64,000 nucleotides of DNA from an uncultured cyanobacterium. Its GTDB lineage: Bacteria; Cyanobacteriota; Cyanobacteriia; Cyanobacteriales; CAWCAG01. Under the pieces are notes generated by a model. It saw only the letters and a list, made by a program, of their open reading frames with translations, was not told where the DNA came from and did not search any database. This document shows, piece after piece, positions 50,937 to 61,268 of this stretch (within the stretch, counting starts at the first letter, position 1; each line of letters opens with the position of its first letter). Location: contig CAWDOD010000003.1 in the NCBI GenBank assembly GCA_963803805.1, positions 544,001 to 608,000 on the forward strand. Direction: 5' to 3'. The position numbers and the translations under genes were made by a program.

Positions 50937-52364
50937 ATGTCATATTGTCTCAATCCTCAGTGTTTAAACCCAGAAAATCCTAATCAAGACAAATTTTGCT
51001 GTAGTTGCGGTGCTTCTTTATTATTAAGGCAACGTTATCGCGCCATTCAAGCTTTAGGACAAGGGGGATTTGGTAGAACCTTTTTAGCTGTTGATGAAGA
51101 TTTACCTGATCAGCCTTTGTGCGTCATTAAGCAACTTTATTTGCTTAGTAACAATAGGGGAGTACAACAAAAGGCGATTCAACTATTTAAGCAAGAAGCA
51201 GTACAACTGAATAACTTGGGGCAACATGAGCAAATTCCTAGTTTACTGGCACATTTTGAAGAACAACAACGCCTTTATCTTGTCCAAGAGTTAATCCCCG
51301 GAAAAACTTTGGCACAAGAGTCTTGGCAAGGAGTTAAGGATCTTGAAAGTAAAGTCTGGCAATTTTTAAATGATTTGTTACCTGTGTTGCAATATTTCCA
51401 CGCCAGGAAAGTAATTCACCGAGATATTAAACCCGATAATATTATACGTCGCCACAATACAGAACAACTAGTCCTCATTGATTTCGGTATTGCTAGGTTG
51501 TTCACCGATACCGCCTTAATGGGTGGGGCAACTATTGTGGGTACGGCGGAGTATATGCCCCCAGAACAAACAAAAGGGAAAGTTTTACCAGCAAGTGATC
51601 TTTATAGTTTGGGGGTAACTTGTTTGCATTTGCTTACCAATGTTTCTCCTTTGGCAATGTTTGATGTGATTGAAGACAAATGGCTATGGCAACAACATTT
51701 GTCTCCTCAAGTTCGTTTGAGTGATCACTTAACTACAATTATTAACAAGTTAGTAGAACCTTCCCTACGCAGTCGCTACCGTTGTGTTGAGGAAGTACTC
51801 ACAGAAATGCCCAATTCTACTCAAGCATCTCCGATGGTAACAACAAACTATCCTCCTAGGAATAGCTTAAGTGCAGGACTAATTTCTGTAGGCAAAAAAT
51901 CCCATCAAGCCAATACCACTGAAGTCATAGCTATTAACTACTCACACCTACGGAATTTCCTCGCTAAAAGAAAGTGGCAGGAAGCTGATGAAGAAACCTG
52001 GGCTATTTTATGTGATTTAGTTGGTAAACCCACTGGCAGTTACTTATCTCAAAGCGAGATTAAAAATTTCCCTTGCCAACATCTCCAAAAACTCGATACT
52101 CTTTGGTATCGCTACAGTAAAGGACGCTTCGGCTTTCGAGTCCAAAAGCGTATTTATGAAGAAGTTGGAGGAGAGTATGATCTTTTCTGCGATCACGTCG
52201 GTTGGCAAATCCATCGTTCCAAATCTCCCACCGCTAACTTTCACTTTAATTTGCGATCGCCCCTCGGACATCTCCCCACTCGTCGTTGGGTAGGAGGCTA
52301 TTCTTGGTGGCAACACGCCCAAGTCTTGGCTATTAAACTAGAAGAATGCAGAATTTCAATTTAA
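50937..52364 (+). CDS. Ser/Thr protein kinase with C-terminal GUN4 domain
   Basis: MSYCLNPQC start, GQGGFG, HRDIKPDN, DFG; WQEADEET, SKGRFGFRVQ, GHLP. Confidence 0.92.
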   Translation: MSYCLNPQCLNPENPNQDKFCCSCGASLLLRQRYRAIQALGQGGFGRTFLAVDEDLPDQPLCVIKQLYLLSNNRGVQQKAIQLFKQEAVQLNNLGQHEQIPSLLAHFEEQQRLYLVQELIPGKTLAQESWQGVKDLESKVWQFLNDLLPVLQYFHARKVIHRDIKPDNIIRRHNTEQLVLIDFGIARLFTDTALMGGATIVGTAEYMPPEQTKGKVLPASDLYSLGVTCLHLLTNVSPLAMFDVIEDKWLWQQHLSPQVRLSDHLTTIINKLVEPSLRSRYRCVEEVLTEMPNSTQASPMVTTNYPPRNSLSAGLISVGKKSHQANTTEVIAINYSHLRNFLAKRKWQEADEETWAILCDLVGKPTGSYLSQSEIKNFPCQHLQKLDTLWYRYSKGRFGFRVQKRIYEEVGGEYDLFCDHVGWQIHRSKSPTANFHFNLRSPLGHLPTRRWVGGYSWWQHAQVLAIKLEECRISI

Positions 52365-52394
52365 CTATATTTCTCCGCTAACTTACAGGAAACG

Positions 52395-53048
52395 ATGGAA
52401 GTTCAACTTAAACAAATTATTGTACCTCCCGGTCAGCAACTTATAATGGCTGATGTTAGTTGGCTGATGTATGAACAACTCCTAGAGGAATTAGGAGAAA
52501 AACGGGGTTCGCGGATTAATTATAGTGGGGGAAGATTAGAAATTATGGTTCCCTTACCCGAACATGAAGATGATAAAGCCATGATTGCTGACTTTGTGAA
52601 AGTTCTTCTTGAAGAATTTGACAGAGAATTTAGGAGTTTGGGGTCAACAACTTTTAAAAGCAAAACTATGAAGCAAGGGATAGAAGCAGATGAATGTTTC
52701 TATATTGAAAATGAAGCAGTAATTAGGGGCAAAAAACGTCTCGATTTAACAATAGATCCCCCGCCAGATTTAGCCCTAAAAATTGACATCACTTCTCGAA
52801 CTCAATTTGATAACTATAAAGCATTAGGAGTAAGGGAACTATGGCGATTTGATGGTACACAACTAGAAATTAATTTACTACGAGAAAATCAATATTGTCT
52901 GGTGAAGGAAAGCCCTCATTTCCCTGGCTGCCCTTTAACAAAGGTAATTCCTCAATATCTAGAAGTTAGTAAGATTCAGGGAAGAAATAAAACAATTAAA
53001 GAGTTTCGTGTTTGGGTGAGGAATATTATTTCCACAAATAGTCAATGA
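52395..53048 (+). CDS. Uma2 family endonuclease-fold protein
   Basis: VSW..YE, LEIMVPLPEHE, LGSTTF, PPDLA, Y..LGV.ELWR. Confidence 0.9.
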   Translation: MEVQLKQIIVPPGQQLIMADVSWLMYEQLLEELGEKRGSRINYSGGRLEIMVPLPEHEDDKAMIADFVKVLLEEFDREFRSLGSTTFKSKTMKQGIEADECFYIENEAVIRGKKRLDLTIDPPPDLALKIDITSRTQFDNYKALGVRELWRFDGTQLEINLLRENQYCLVKESPHFPGCPLTKVIPQYLEVSKIQGRNKTIKEFRVWVRNIISTNSQ

Positions 53049-53089
53049 TAAATGTTTAATGATAAATGGTATAGGGAGTAAATAGATTT

Positions 53090-53689
53090 ATGGGTTGGCG
53101 CGATCGCATCAATAATCTGACAGGTAAAACAAGAATTGTTGTCAGTCGGGTCATACTTCAGCTTAATGGTTCTGAAGTTGCCCCTCTACTGGGAATCCTC
53201 AACCGTGTAGCGAGGGAGGCTGTTGAGGAAGATGGGGATTTAGAAGTAATGGGGGAAGGATTGGTGGATATTTGCCAAAACCTCCTACAACAGCAAATGA
53301 ACTGGCAGTCTGGGGCCAATGAAGGGGACGTATTTTGGGATGAAGGAGAAGCGGGAGATTATGTTAGCGAACTATTTACTGATTCTGCCCAACGCTATTT
53401 AAGTACTCCAGATTACAACGAAATTGCCCCCGAAGAAACTTTCTCTTTGCCAATAACCACTAATTTAGTCGTTATGCTAACCATTGCTTGCCAAGGAGAG
53501 GTTCCCGACTTAGAAACAAATCTCGCTGCTAACATAGAAGCTATGGAGGATGGCTTAAAAGCCCTAATTAATTTACACTATCAACGCCAACTGCGGGCAG
53601 TTCAGTTACATTTCTCCCCAGCCCGTTTAGGTGATGAATTAACTGATGAACAGGTCTTACTTAATTTTCCTGAACTAGTTCCCCTTTAA
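53090..53689 (+). CDS. DUF1517-like protein
   Basis: Conserved cyanobacterial pattern EGDVFWDEGEAGDYV.ELFTDSAQRY and C-terminal LL.FPELVPL. Confidence 0.7.
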   Translation: MGWRDRINNLTGKTRIVVSRVILQLNGSEVAPLLGILNRVAREAVEEDGDLEVMGEGLVDICQNLLQQQMNWQSGANEGDVFWDEGEAGDYVSELFTDSAQRYLSTPDYNEIAPEETFSLPITTNLVVMLTIACQGEVPDLETNLAANIEAMEDGLKALINLHYQRQLRAVQLHFSPARLGDELTDEQVLLNFPELVPL

Positions 53690-53731
53690 ACAAATTTAAA
53701 CAACAAAGCTAGAAGTTTCTCTTTTGAATTT

Positions 53732-54610
53732 ATGTTACGCAAATCCCTGATTTTATTAATGTCTCTGTCTCTATGTTGGGCAATCGTTGCTTGCGGTTCT
53801 TCAACAGAAAATTATTCTTCTTCCCCAAGTACTAGGGTTTCTTCCCCCTCCCAAAGCCAGGTTAACCAAGGAGAATACCCCGTTCAACAAGCTGAATATA
53901 ACGATGCTACGGGGGAATATAGCCTGATGCTACTCAACACTCCACCTGGAGTAGCCCCTGTGTTTCGCACCACAGACTTACAAATGGCCCGTCTTACCGA
54001 AGAACAAATCAAAGCGGGGAAAAGCAGTTTCTTAAATTTAGACAACAATCAAGCGGTTTTGAACTTAACCGAAGATTTCCAAATTCAGTATGTTCACAAT
54101 GTAACCGAAAATCAGGTAAATCCTCAAACTGGTCAGCAGGAAGTAGTGGTAGTACGCCAAGAATCTAGTTTTTGGACACCTTTCGCTGGTGCGATTGCTG
54201 GGCAAGTTGTCGCTAATGCTTTATTCACTCCCCAATATTATGTTCCTCCTGTTTATCAGCCAGGAGTCGGAGTGATGAGAGGTTACGGTGGTTATGGCAA
54301 TACCTATGATACAGCAGTAAGTAGATATCAAACTCGTTATCAAGAACCCCCCGCATCTGTTAAAAATCGCCAAGTTTTGCGTACTACAGGCAATATTAGA
54401 TCAGGTTCATCAAACCAACCCAACAGGACTACCACGAAAACCAAAACTACCACGACTAATAATAATCAAAACAAAAGCCGTTCTACCGGTTCAGGAGTTG
54501 GTTCTAGTGATTTGTCACCTTCTAACAAGTCTCGCAAAACAACTGCACCGAAAAAGCGCAACACTGGTTTTGGCAGCAGTAAGCCTTCTCGTTCTCGCAA
54601 AAGACGTTAA
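53732..54610 (+). CDS. Lipoprotein with basic low-complexity C-tail
   Basis: Lipobox IVA|C; SFWTPFAGA; S/T/K/R-rich tail. Confidence 0.8.
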   Translation: MLRKSLILLMSLSLCWAIVACGSSTENYSSSPSTRVSSPSQSQVNQGEYPVQQAEYNDATGEYSLMLLNTPPGVAPVFRTTDLQMARLTEEQIKAGKSSFLNLDNNQAVLNLTEDFQIQYVHNVTENQVNPQTGQQEVVVVRQESSFWTPFAGAIAGQVVANALFTPQYYVPPVYQPGVGVMRGYGGYGNTYDTAVSRYQTRYQEPPASVKNRQVLRTTGNIRSGSSNQPNRTTTKTKTTTTNNNQNKSRSTGSGVGSSDLSPSNKSRKTTAPKKRNTGFGSSKPSRSRKRR

Positions 54611-54710
54611 CTTCTAATATACAAGGGTGGGCATGGGCCGCCTTCATAGACGAGGATATTGAGTTAGAGCTTCAAGATTGGTAATTTTACTTATTCTCAT
54701 AACTCAATCA

Positions 54711-55964
54711 TTAAATAGCCATACTAGTTTGGGGATCAAAAAGATGAACTTTTTCTAGGTTAATAGAAAGCCATAAAGAATCGCCATTTCTGACGGTATA
54801 GTCTGGGGAAATTCTCACTTGTAACGGGGCTTTAATCGCATCAACTAAATGCACCATCAAATAAGTATCATTTCCTAAAGCTTCTACTAAATCCACCTGC
54901 ACAAGTAAATTTTTCGTGGCTGGAACACTCACAACAAAATCTTCAGGGCGAACACCGAGTAACAAAGAACGTCCGTTGTAAGGTTGAAGAGATTCTTGCC
55001 AGACTTCTGGTAAGGTAATGCGAAATTGAGGATGGGTAATTAATAAAGGGGCTTTCACCTCCACTGATAGAAAATTCATGGGAGGAGAACCAATAAACTC
55101 AGCTACAAAACGATTAACCGGATGATCATAAATTTCTAGAGGTTTAGCTATTTGTTGAATTTCTCCTTGATTCATCACCGCAATGCGATCCCCCATTGTC
55201 ATTGCTTCAGTTTGATCGTGGGTAACGTAAATCGTCGTAGTTCCCAACTGCTTTTGTAGTTTGACAATTTGGCTACGAGTTTCTGCCCTTAATTTGGCAT
55301 CAAGGTTAGATAAGGGTTCGTCCATTAAAAATACTTGGGGGTTACGGGCGATCGCCCTTCCTAAAGCTACCCTCTGCTTTTGCCCCCCGGAAAGCTGTTT
55401 AGGCAAGCGGTTCAGGAGAGAGTCGATTTGTAATAATTCTGCTACATTTTGTACCCTTTCCTCAATAATTTTCTCTTCTGCTAATCCATAACCTAGTCTT
55501 TTTGGTAGCGATCGCGTCATTCCTAAAAAAAGTTTTTTACTCCACTCCTTAAAACTCTTACCTTCATTACTTCTTGGGGCCATTCGCCGTAGCCCGAAAG
55601 CAATATTATCGTAAACCGTTAAATGGGGATAAAGGGCATAATTTTGAAACACCATAGCAATATCCCGTTGCTTAGGAGGGAGATCATTAACCACAGAAGA
55701 ACCAACGGAAATATTGCCCCCAGTCAACTCTTCTAACCCAGCAATAACCCGTAATAAGGTACTTTTTCCACAACCAGAAGGTCCCACCAAAACCATGAAT
55801 TCCCCGTCTTCTACCATCAGGTTAATGCGTCGTAAAACGCTAACGGCACTGGATTTTGAACTAGATTCTTCAATATTTAGTTGTTCCGATGCAGATCCAA
55901 CAGTAGTTTTTTCTCTACTGCCAGGAAAGCTTTTATAGACATTCTCCAAAACAACTTTTGCCAC
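54711..55964 (-). CDS. Sugar/osmolyte ABC transporter ATP-binding subunit (MalK/GgtA-like)
   Basis: GPSGCGKST, VFQNYALYPH, LSGGQKQR, DEPLSNLD, TOBE domain. Confidence 0.92.
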   Translation of the reverse strand: MAKVVLENVYKSFPGSREKTTVGSASEQLNIEESSSKSSAVSVLRRINLMVEDGEFMVLVGPSGCGKSTLLRVIAGLEELTGGNISVGSSVVNDLPPKQRDIAMVFQNYALYPHLTVYDNIAFGLRRMAPRSNEGKSFKEWSKKLFLGMTRSLPKRLGYGLAEEKIIEERVQNVAELLQIDSLLNRLPKQLSGGQKQRVALGRAIARNPQVFLMDEPLSNLDAKLRAETRSQIVKLQKQLGTTTIYVTHDQTEAMTMGDRIAVMNQGEIQQIAKPLEIYDHPVNRFVAEFIGSPPMNFLSVEVKAPLLITHPQFRITLPEVWQESLQPYNGRSLLLGVRPEDFVVSVPATKNLLVQVDLVEALGNDTYLMVHLVDAIKAPLQVRISPDYTVRNGDSLWLSINLEKVHLFDPQTSMAI

Positions 55965-56204
55965 GTTGTTGCTCTCATTTATTGGACTTTGAGCTATAGA
56001 TTACCTGATTTGCCCCTCATTTTGGAGTAGTTTCACTAATCCAATCAGTTAACTGTCCACCCAACAAAGTTAATAAACCCCTTATTTTGGTTCTTATTAG
56101 GGGGATTTTCCCGTCAATTGAGTTACTTACCTATTCTCTCACTAAGGAAGTCGCGATGCTTTATATCGTTGAGATATCAAAAGTTTGAAATCCTTGCTAT
56201 AGCT

Positions 56205-56384
56205 ATGTTTGACTCAATCTGTATTCGCAATTTAACTGTCTTAACTATTTTTGTTGCTGGAGTTAGTTTCAGCTTAAGCGAAGTCTATCAACAACCCATA
56301 GAAAGCACAAAGAGAGAACAAGCATCTAATATGGGTAAGTTGGTAAAAATAAGATTAGCCATGAAAGCCCAACAAATGCGTTAA
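56205..56384 (+). CDS. Small protein with signal-peptide-like N-terminus (59 aa)
   Basis: ATG 56205: MFDSICIRNLTVLTIFVAGVSFSLS... Confidence 0.4.
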   Translation: MFDSICIRNLTVLTIFVAGVSFSLSEVYQQPIESTKREQASNMGKLVKIRLAMKAQQMR

Positions 56385-56463
56385 AACCACAATATTCTGT
56401 TTAGGAGAAAAGGAATAGGGTTTTTAATAACCGAATTTGGTATGAAGTCTCAGATTTAGCAAT

Positions 56464-56503
56464 TAGGAATAAGCAAAGCTTTTGTGAGCTTTGCTTATTC
56501 CTA
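56464..56503. terminator. Hairpin overlapping the stop codon of the pentapeptide gene
   Basis: TAGGAATAAGCAAAGCT / AGCTTTGCTTATTCCTA, 17-bp perfect arms. Confidence 0.6.
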
Positions 56504-57013
56504 ATCTCTACAACCTAGACTCTCTCTTGTGGAGACTCTGGTGACAGGATTAACACCATCAGCTCTTTCGCACATTAAGGAAACTTGGTAACGATCTATA
56601 ATTGCCTCTGAGAAATCAGCCCCTGTAATTTTGGTATCGAAGAAGCGGCTACGGGAAGCTACAGCCCCTGCAAAAATGGCATTAGTCAAATCAGCACCGT
56701 CGAAAGTTACTCTGTCTAACAAAGCCCCAGAAAGGTCTGAACCAGATAAATTAGCATTTAATAATACCCCTTTTGTCATAATAGTTCCTTTGAGGTTGGA
56801 ACCATGAAAATCTGTCCCTCGCATTTCCGCCGCAGCGAAAACTGCCCCGACTAAATCTTGGTTGGAGAAATCGCGGTTTTGTAAGTCGGTTTGGGCATAG
56901 TTAACGGCATTGGTTTGAGCTAAGGCAGGATGGGCATCCAAAAGAACCCACAACCCAGCAAATAGTAGGACGATAACTATGCCTAATAAACGTACAATGA
57001 GGGTTTTTATCAC
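56501..57013 (-). CDS. Lumenal/periplasmic pentapeptide-repeat protein
   Basis: Signal peptide ALA, pentapeptide repeats, GVNPVT...TRESLGC. Confidence 0.9.
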   Translation of the reverse strand: MIKTLIVRLLGIVIVLLFAGLWVLLDAHPALAQTNAVNYAQTDLQNRDFSNQDLVGAVFAAAEMRGTDFHGSNLKGTIMTKGVLLNANLSGSDLSGALLDRVTFDGADLTNAIFAGAVASRSRFFDTKITGADFSEAIIDRYQVSLMCERADGVNPVTRVSTRESLGCRD

Positions 57014-57018
57014 TTAAA

Positions 57019-58497
57019 TCAATCCTCTTTTACTTCTGAGGGGGAGTTGTCTTCAGCCAGAATCTGTTTAGCATCTCGTCCTAACTGAATCGTAAGATCA
57101 GAATCTATATGTCCTGTAGATTCTGATCTTACTGTACCTAAACTGAGAACTTTTCTGAGGCGCTTAGCCCCAGTGAGGTCACCTCTTTGGGGAATAATGG
57201 TGGTTTCTTTAAGCATCCTGGGGGCTACATCTTCAATTACAAAAATATTATCGAAATTCTTTTCCCGTAAATACTCAGCAAAGCGTTCTGCTAATTCAGG
57301 ATCTCTAGTGGTATTTTGGATACCAATGCGTAGTTCCCGAAAAGATTTAGTCGTCTCATTAACATAATCAGCTTCTTGATTAAAATACTGACTAACTAAG
57401 CGATCCCGTTCATTAGGGTACAAAATCCAATAACTAACATCATATTCCCCTTCGCTGCTGAAGCGACCAGGGAGCATAACCATATTAATATCTTCTTTGT
57501 TTAAGTTCAAACCAAAACTAACCAAAGCCAACATTTCTTCAGTAGAAATGTTGGTATCCACATATTGCTGCATTACCCGGATTGCTTTTGGTAGTTTAGG
57601 CAAAATAGCGGGTTGCTTAAGCCTCTGCCGCAAAGCTTTGAGGAGAATTTGCTGGCGTTGTACCCTCCCAATATCTCCATAACCATCACCGCGAAAACGA
57701 GCAAATTGTTCTGCTTCCTTGCCGTTAAGAGTTTGCCATCCAGGTTGGAGGTCGATTTTCAGTTTTTGGGTTTTATCTTCATAGTCCATGGCATAGGGAA
57801 CATCTACTTCAATACCCCCTACCAAATCCACCATTTCTTGAAAAGCATCAGTATTAACGCGAATGTAGCGATCAATGGAAACATCGTTTAAAGTTTCACT
57901 CACTACCTTAGCTGCTAATTCTGCCCCACCCTGAATGTTAGCATCATTAATTTTACCTTCTCCTAAACCAGGAATATTAACCCTTGTATCTCTAGGAATA
58001 GAGAGCATTTTAACGGAGTTATCACTAGGATCAAAACGCAGCAATAGCATAGTATCACTATGGCCTTCAAAAATCTCCTTTGAGGTTTTCGCTGCTCCTG
58101 GGACTCGATCGATTCCCATCACCAAAATATTAACCGGGCGGGACAAGCGATATTGTAAGTTAGCTTGCCAACCTTCATCTCCCCCCTTGGCTTTTTCAGG
58201 TAGGAGTCCTGTTTTTTGAGCTATGGGAGCAATAAATGTTGATAGAGGGCTAACCAAAGCTACTGTCGCCCCTACTGTGGCGGAAATAGTTGCGGTTAAG
58301 ACAAAGGTTGTACTCCAAAACAACCATTTACTGATCTTAGACGTGGACTGCTTAGATTGTTTAGTTTTGGCAGTAGCTTTAGAAGCAGAAGTTTTACTAG
58401 TTTTGCCAGCATCTAAAGATGCTTGTTCTGGCTCTATAGCAAGAGCTACAGTCGTTTGTTTGATGCCTTTTTTCACTTTTACCTCATTCAACCACAA
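57019..58497 (-). CDS. LCP (LytR-CpsA-Psr) family protein with LytR_C domain
   Basis: NILVMGID, SDTMLL, LSIPRDT, KINDA, FARFR, DIGRVQRQQ; start may be slightly downstream. Confidence 0.92.
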   Translation of the reverse strand: MWLNEVKVKKGIKQTTVALAIEPEQASLDAGKTSKTSASKATAKTKQSKQSTSKISKWLFWSTTFVLTATISATVGATVALVSPLSTFIAPIAQKTGLLPEKAKGGDEGWQANLQYRLSRPVNILVMGIDRVPGAAKTSKEIFEGHSDTMLLLRFDPSDNSVKMLSIPRDTRVNIPGLGEGKINDANIQGGAELAAKVVSETLNDVSIDRYIRVNTDAFQEMVDLVGGIEVDVPYAMDYEDKTQKLKIDLQPGWQTLNGKEAEQFARFRGDGYGDIGRVQRQQILLKALRQRLKQPAILPKLPKAIRVMQQYVDTNISTEEMLALVSFGLNLNKEDINMVMLPGRFSSEGEYDVSYWILYPNERDRLVSQYFNQEADYVNETTKSFRELRIGIQNTTRDPELAERFAEYLREKNFDNIFVIEDVAPRMLKETTIIPQRGDLTGAKRLRKVLSLGTVRSESTGHIDSDLTIQLGRDAKQILAEDNSPSEVKED

Positions 58498-58655
58498 ATA
58501 ATACGGTCAGCGCTGGCACCCGAAGCACTATTCGTTTTGCCTCTATTGCTGGATTATACCTTTAGGTATTCAAAGGTAAAGTACTCAATGAGGACATTTT
58601 TAAGTTAAAAATTAGAAATAATCTCTTTATATACATAAGTAGGGGCCTCATAAGC

Positions 58656-59717
58656 ATGAGCAAAACCTTGATACCTATAATCTTAGCTGGTGGAAAAGGA
58701 GAAAGATTTTGGCCTCTTAGCCGCAGGCTAAACCCCAAACAGTTCCTTTCTCTTGACGGTAGTGGTAGGAGTTTGTTGCAAGCAACAGCAGAACGCCTAC
58801 TGGATTTAGCAGGAGGCTGGGATAATCTCTGGGTAGTAACCAATGCCCAGATAGCTAAGGGGATTGAGGAACAGTTACCAGAGTTGCCCCAATCTAATTT
58901 GTTGGTAGAACCAGAAGGGAAAGATACGGCTCCTGCTGTAGCCTGGGCTACTATTGAAGTAGCTAAACGCTGTGGCGAGGATGCTGTTGTTGGTTTTTTT
59001 CCTGCGGATCATTGGATTGGCGATCGCGCCGCTTATCACAACACTCTTGATGCTGCTACAGAGTTGGCTATAGCTCAGGATACTATCGTCACATTAGGAA
59101 TCGCTCCTGATTATCCTTCTACGGGCTATGGCTACATTGAACAGGGAGAAACCAAGGGAACCTACGGAGGTTTACCTGTTTATAAAGTCAGCCGTTTCAC
59201 CGAAAAGCCTGACGAAGCTACAGCCAAATCTTTTCTAAGTACTGGTAAATTTAGCTGGAACAGTGGTATGTTTATTTTTCGGGCTGGGGTTGCTTTAGCT
59301 GAGTTACAAAAGTATGCCCCTAATATTATGAAGCTTTTGCAAGACGAGGGTATAGCAGCATACCCTCAATTAGAAAAAAAGAGCATTGATTATGCCCTAA
59401 TGGAAAAAACGCAACTAGCCTACGTCCTCCCAGCTAACTTTGGTTGGGATGACTTAGGAGACTGGAATGCCCTCGAGAGGCTTTTAAAGAAAGAGCAAGC
59501 TAATGTGGAACTAGCAGATCATGTTGGTATGGATACGAAAGATTCTATTTTCTATGCCAGTGATGAAGATGAGGTGATTGTGACTATTGGCTTAGAAAAT
59601 GTGGTTGTTGTCCGTGCTGGTAAAGCAACTTTGGTGGTAGATAAACGAAGAACTCAAGACATTAAAAAGGTACTTAAGTTGTTACAGCAACAACCCAAGT
59701 TTGATAAATTGCTATAG
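58656..59717 (+). CDS. manC: Mannose-1-phosphate guanylyltransferase
   Basis: LAGGKGERFWPLSR, PKQFL, PADH, FTEKP, WNSGMF, SIDYALME, WDDLG. Confidence 0.92.
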   Translation: MSKTLIPIILAGGKGERFWPLSRRLNPKQFLSLDGSGRSLLQATAERLLDLAGGWDNLWVVTNAQIAKGIEEQLPELPQSNLLVEPEGKDTAPAVAWATIEVAKRCGEDAVVGFFPADHWIGDRAAYHNTLDAATELAIAQDTIVTLGIAPDYPSTGYGYIEQGETKGTYGGLPVYKVSRFTEKPDEATAKSFLSTGKFSWNSGMFIFRAGVALAELQKYAPNIMKLLQDEGIAAYPQLEKKSIDYALMEKTQLAYVLPANFGWDDLGDWNALERLLKKEQANVELADHVGMDTKDSIFYASDEDEVIVTIGLENVVVVRAGKATLVVDKRRTQDIKKVLKLLQQQPKFDKLL

Positions 59718-59741
59718 AGCAAAATCCTTGAGACTCGCCTA

Positions 59742-59954
59742 CTACATAACGTCCCACCAGCCAAAAGCTGGTCCAACAAAGCGAATAGTAATCCAGGATG
59801 ATACCAGTAAGCCTATACCAATCCAAGCCCCTTTTGTCGTTATTTTCACAAACTGCTCTGCTTGAGTTTTGGTAATAGGGACTAAAGGAAGAACGCTTTT
59901 TTCTTGACCGTATTTATCTCCTAAAGCTTCTTTGCGCCGTTTTGCTTCACCCAT
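59742..59954 (-). CDS. DUF2839 family protein
   Basis: MGEAKRRK, GAWIGIG, RFVGPAFGWW. Confidence 0.85.
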   Translation of the reverse strand: MGEAKRRKEALGDKYGQEKSVLPLVPITKTQAEQFVKITTKGAWIGIGLLVSSWITIRFVGPAFGWWDVM

Positions 59955-60208
59955 AATTCTCAGTAGAAGTTACTCAATTTATACTCTATGGCAAGATCAT
60001 AGCGCTTTCTGTGGGGGATTTTGGCAGGTTGTTTATTTTCTGCAACAGTGGCGAAGAGAGGAGGAAGCCTTTTTCCCTTAAGTTCCCTTGCCTCGGTCAT
60101 CTGACTAGAAATGATTTACTTTTTTTATACTTTAGTTCAGAAAAATTAATGGGCTTGAGGTATTGACATTAAGTTTGATTTCTGTAAGTATTAATGCGTA
60201 ACCGGACA

Positions 60209-60288
60209 AATCGTTCATCTCTCTTTTTTCTCATAAATATGAAGATATATGGAGAGACGGAAGTAGAGATTGCTCTCGAAGGAACGCA
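60209..60288 (+). promoter_or_regulatory. Glutamine riboswitch (glnA RNA motif, class I)
   Basis: ATCGTTCATCT...AGACGGAAGTAG-hairpin-CGAAGGAACGC matches the consensus; P1 CGTTC/GAACG; P3 GAGA...TCTC. Confidence 0.85.
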
Positions 60289-60316
60289 CCGCATCCAAAA
60301 TCAAGAGGTAGTTTTG

Positions 60317-60535
60317 ATGCTCGTGCCGCTATTAATATCCATTTTGCTTACCTCAGTAGCTGTTTATTTCAGCGTTAATGCTGAAGAAGAAATAGTCCAA
60401 GTAGCAGCAGCTTTTTGCGCTTTACTCTGTCTATTTTTAAGTCTTTTTTTCGCTCCCCTGGCTATCAAGTTACTGATCGTGACAGTTCCTTTTCTCGGCA
60501 AAAAAATCAACTATGTGCTACCCCGCCAAAGGTAA
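60317..60535 (+). CDS. Small membrane protein (72 aa) downstream of the riboswitch
   Basis: GAGG SD then ATG 60317; MLVPLLISILL...EEEIVQV...LSLFFAP; the longer ORF-track start overlaps the riboswitch. Confidence 0.75.
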   Translation: MLVPLLISILLTSVAVYFSVNAEEEIVQVAAAFCALLCLFLSLFFAPLAIKLLIVTVPFLGKKINYVLPRQR

Positions 60536-60625
60536 TTTAATAGACAGTAAATTTTTTAGTTGTTAGTTGTTGCTTCCCTAATAACCAGTATCAAGCTCAG
60601 CAACCACTCTTTTGTAGCTGATAGC

Positions 60626-61099
60626 CTATTTACTCTCTGGGTTGAGGCGACTCATTTCCCAAGTGGTATATGTGCCAATAGGACTCCAAATGATATAAGG
60701 GAATAGCAAAAAAGCTCCAGTATGGGAGACTGGGAAAACAAGCAAAGTTAGAATAATACCTAATAAAAAGCCAATTGCCCCAATAATCGTACCAACTCTC
60801 AAGCTACGAGAAAAACACATCACTGGAGTATAGGCAACTATAGCTATTTCTACCAAAAGATAGAAAGCCATCAAGAACCAAGTATAGCTATCACCTGGGT
60901 TTTCTCGCCAAACTAAAGTTGCAGAGATAGCGCCACAGATAAAGACAAAAATCCAAATAATTGGAATGGCTTTCTCAAAGGTTAACCATTGGGGGCGACG
61001 CAGGTGCTTAAACCACTTTTTGTCTTGGGATCTCAAAAGACTTCCTGCTGAACCCACGATAAAAGTAACCGCACCGATTATCATCCAAGGTTTAATCAT
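60626..61099 (-). CDS. tspO: TspO/MBR family tryptophan-rich sensory protein
   Basis: WFKHLRRPQWL, IPIIW, LLFPYIIW; five TM helices; ATG 61099. Confidence 0.85.
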   Translation of the reverse strand: MIKPWMIIGAVTFIVGSAGSLLRSQDKKWFKHLRRPQWLTFEKAIPIIWIFVFICGAISATLVWRENPGDSYTWFLMAFYLLVEIAIVAYTPVMCFSRSLRVGTIIGAIGFLLGIILTLLVFPVSHTGAFLLFPYIIWSPIGTYTTWEMSRLNPESK

Positions 61100-61268
61100 A
61101 TTTGAAAATCTATTATTGTGTATTTCTACCAATACCTCTAAAAGTTTGCTCTTCGCCTCTTTCATTATGATGAAAGTATGTTAAGGTCAGATATATCTTT
61201 CGTCCTAATTAATTTATTGTTAGGAATATTTAAACAAATTTACTGAAGAGAAAGAATAATAAAATTTA

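Noticed and set aside
60194-60316. N-terminal extension of the 113-aa ORF
   Set aside because: It overlaps the glutamine riboswitch; a good SD and ATG lie at 60317.
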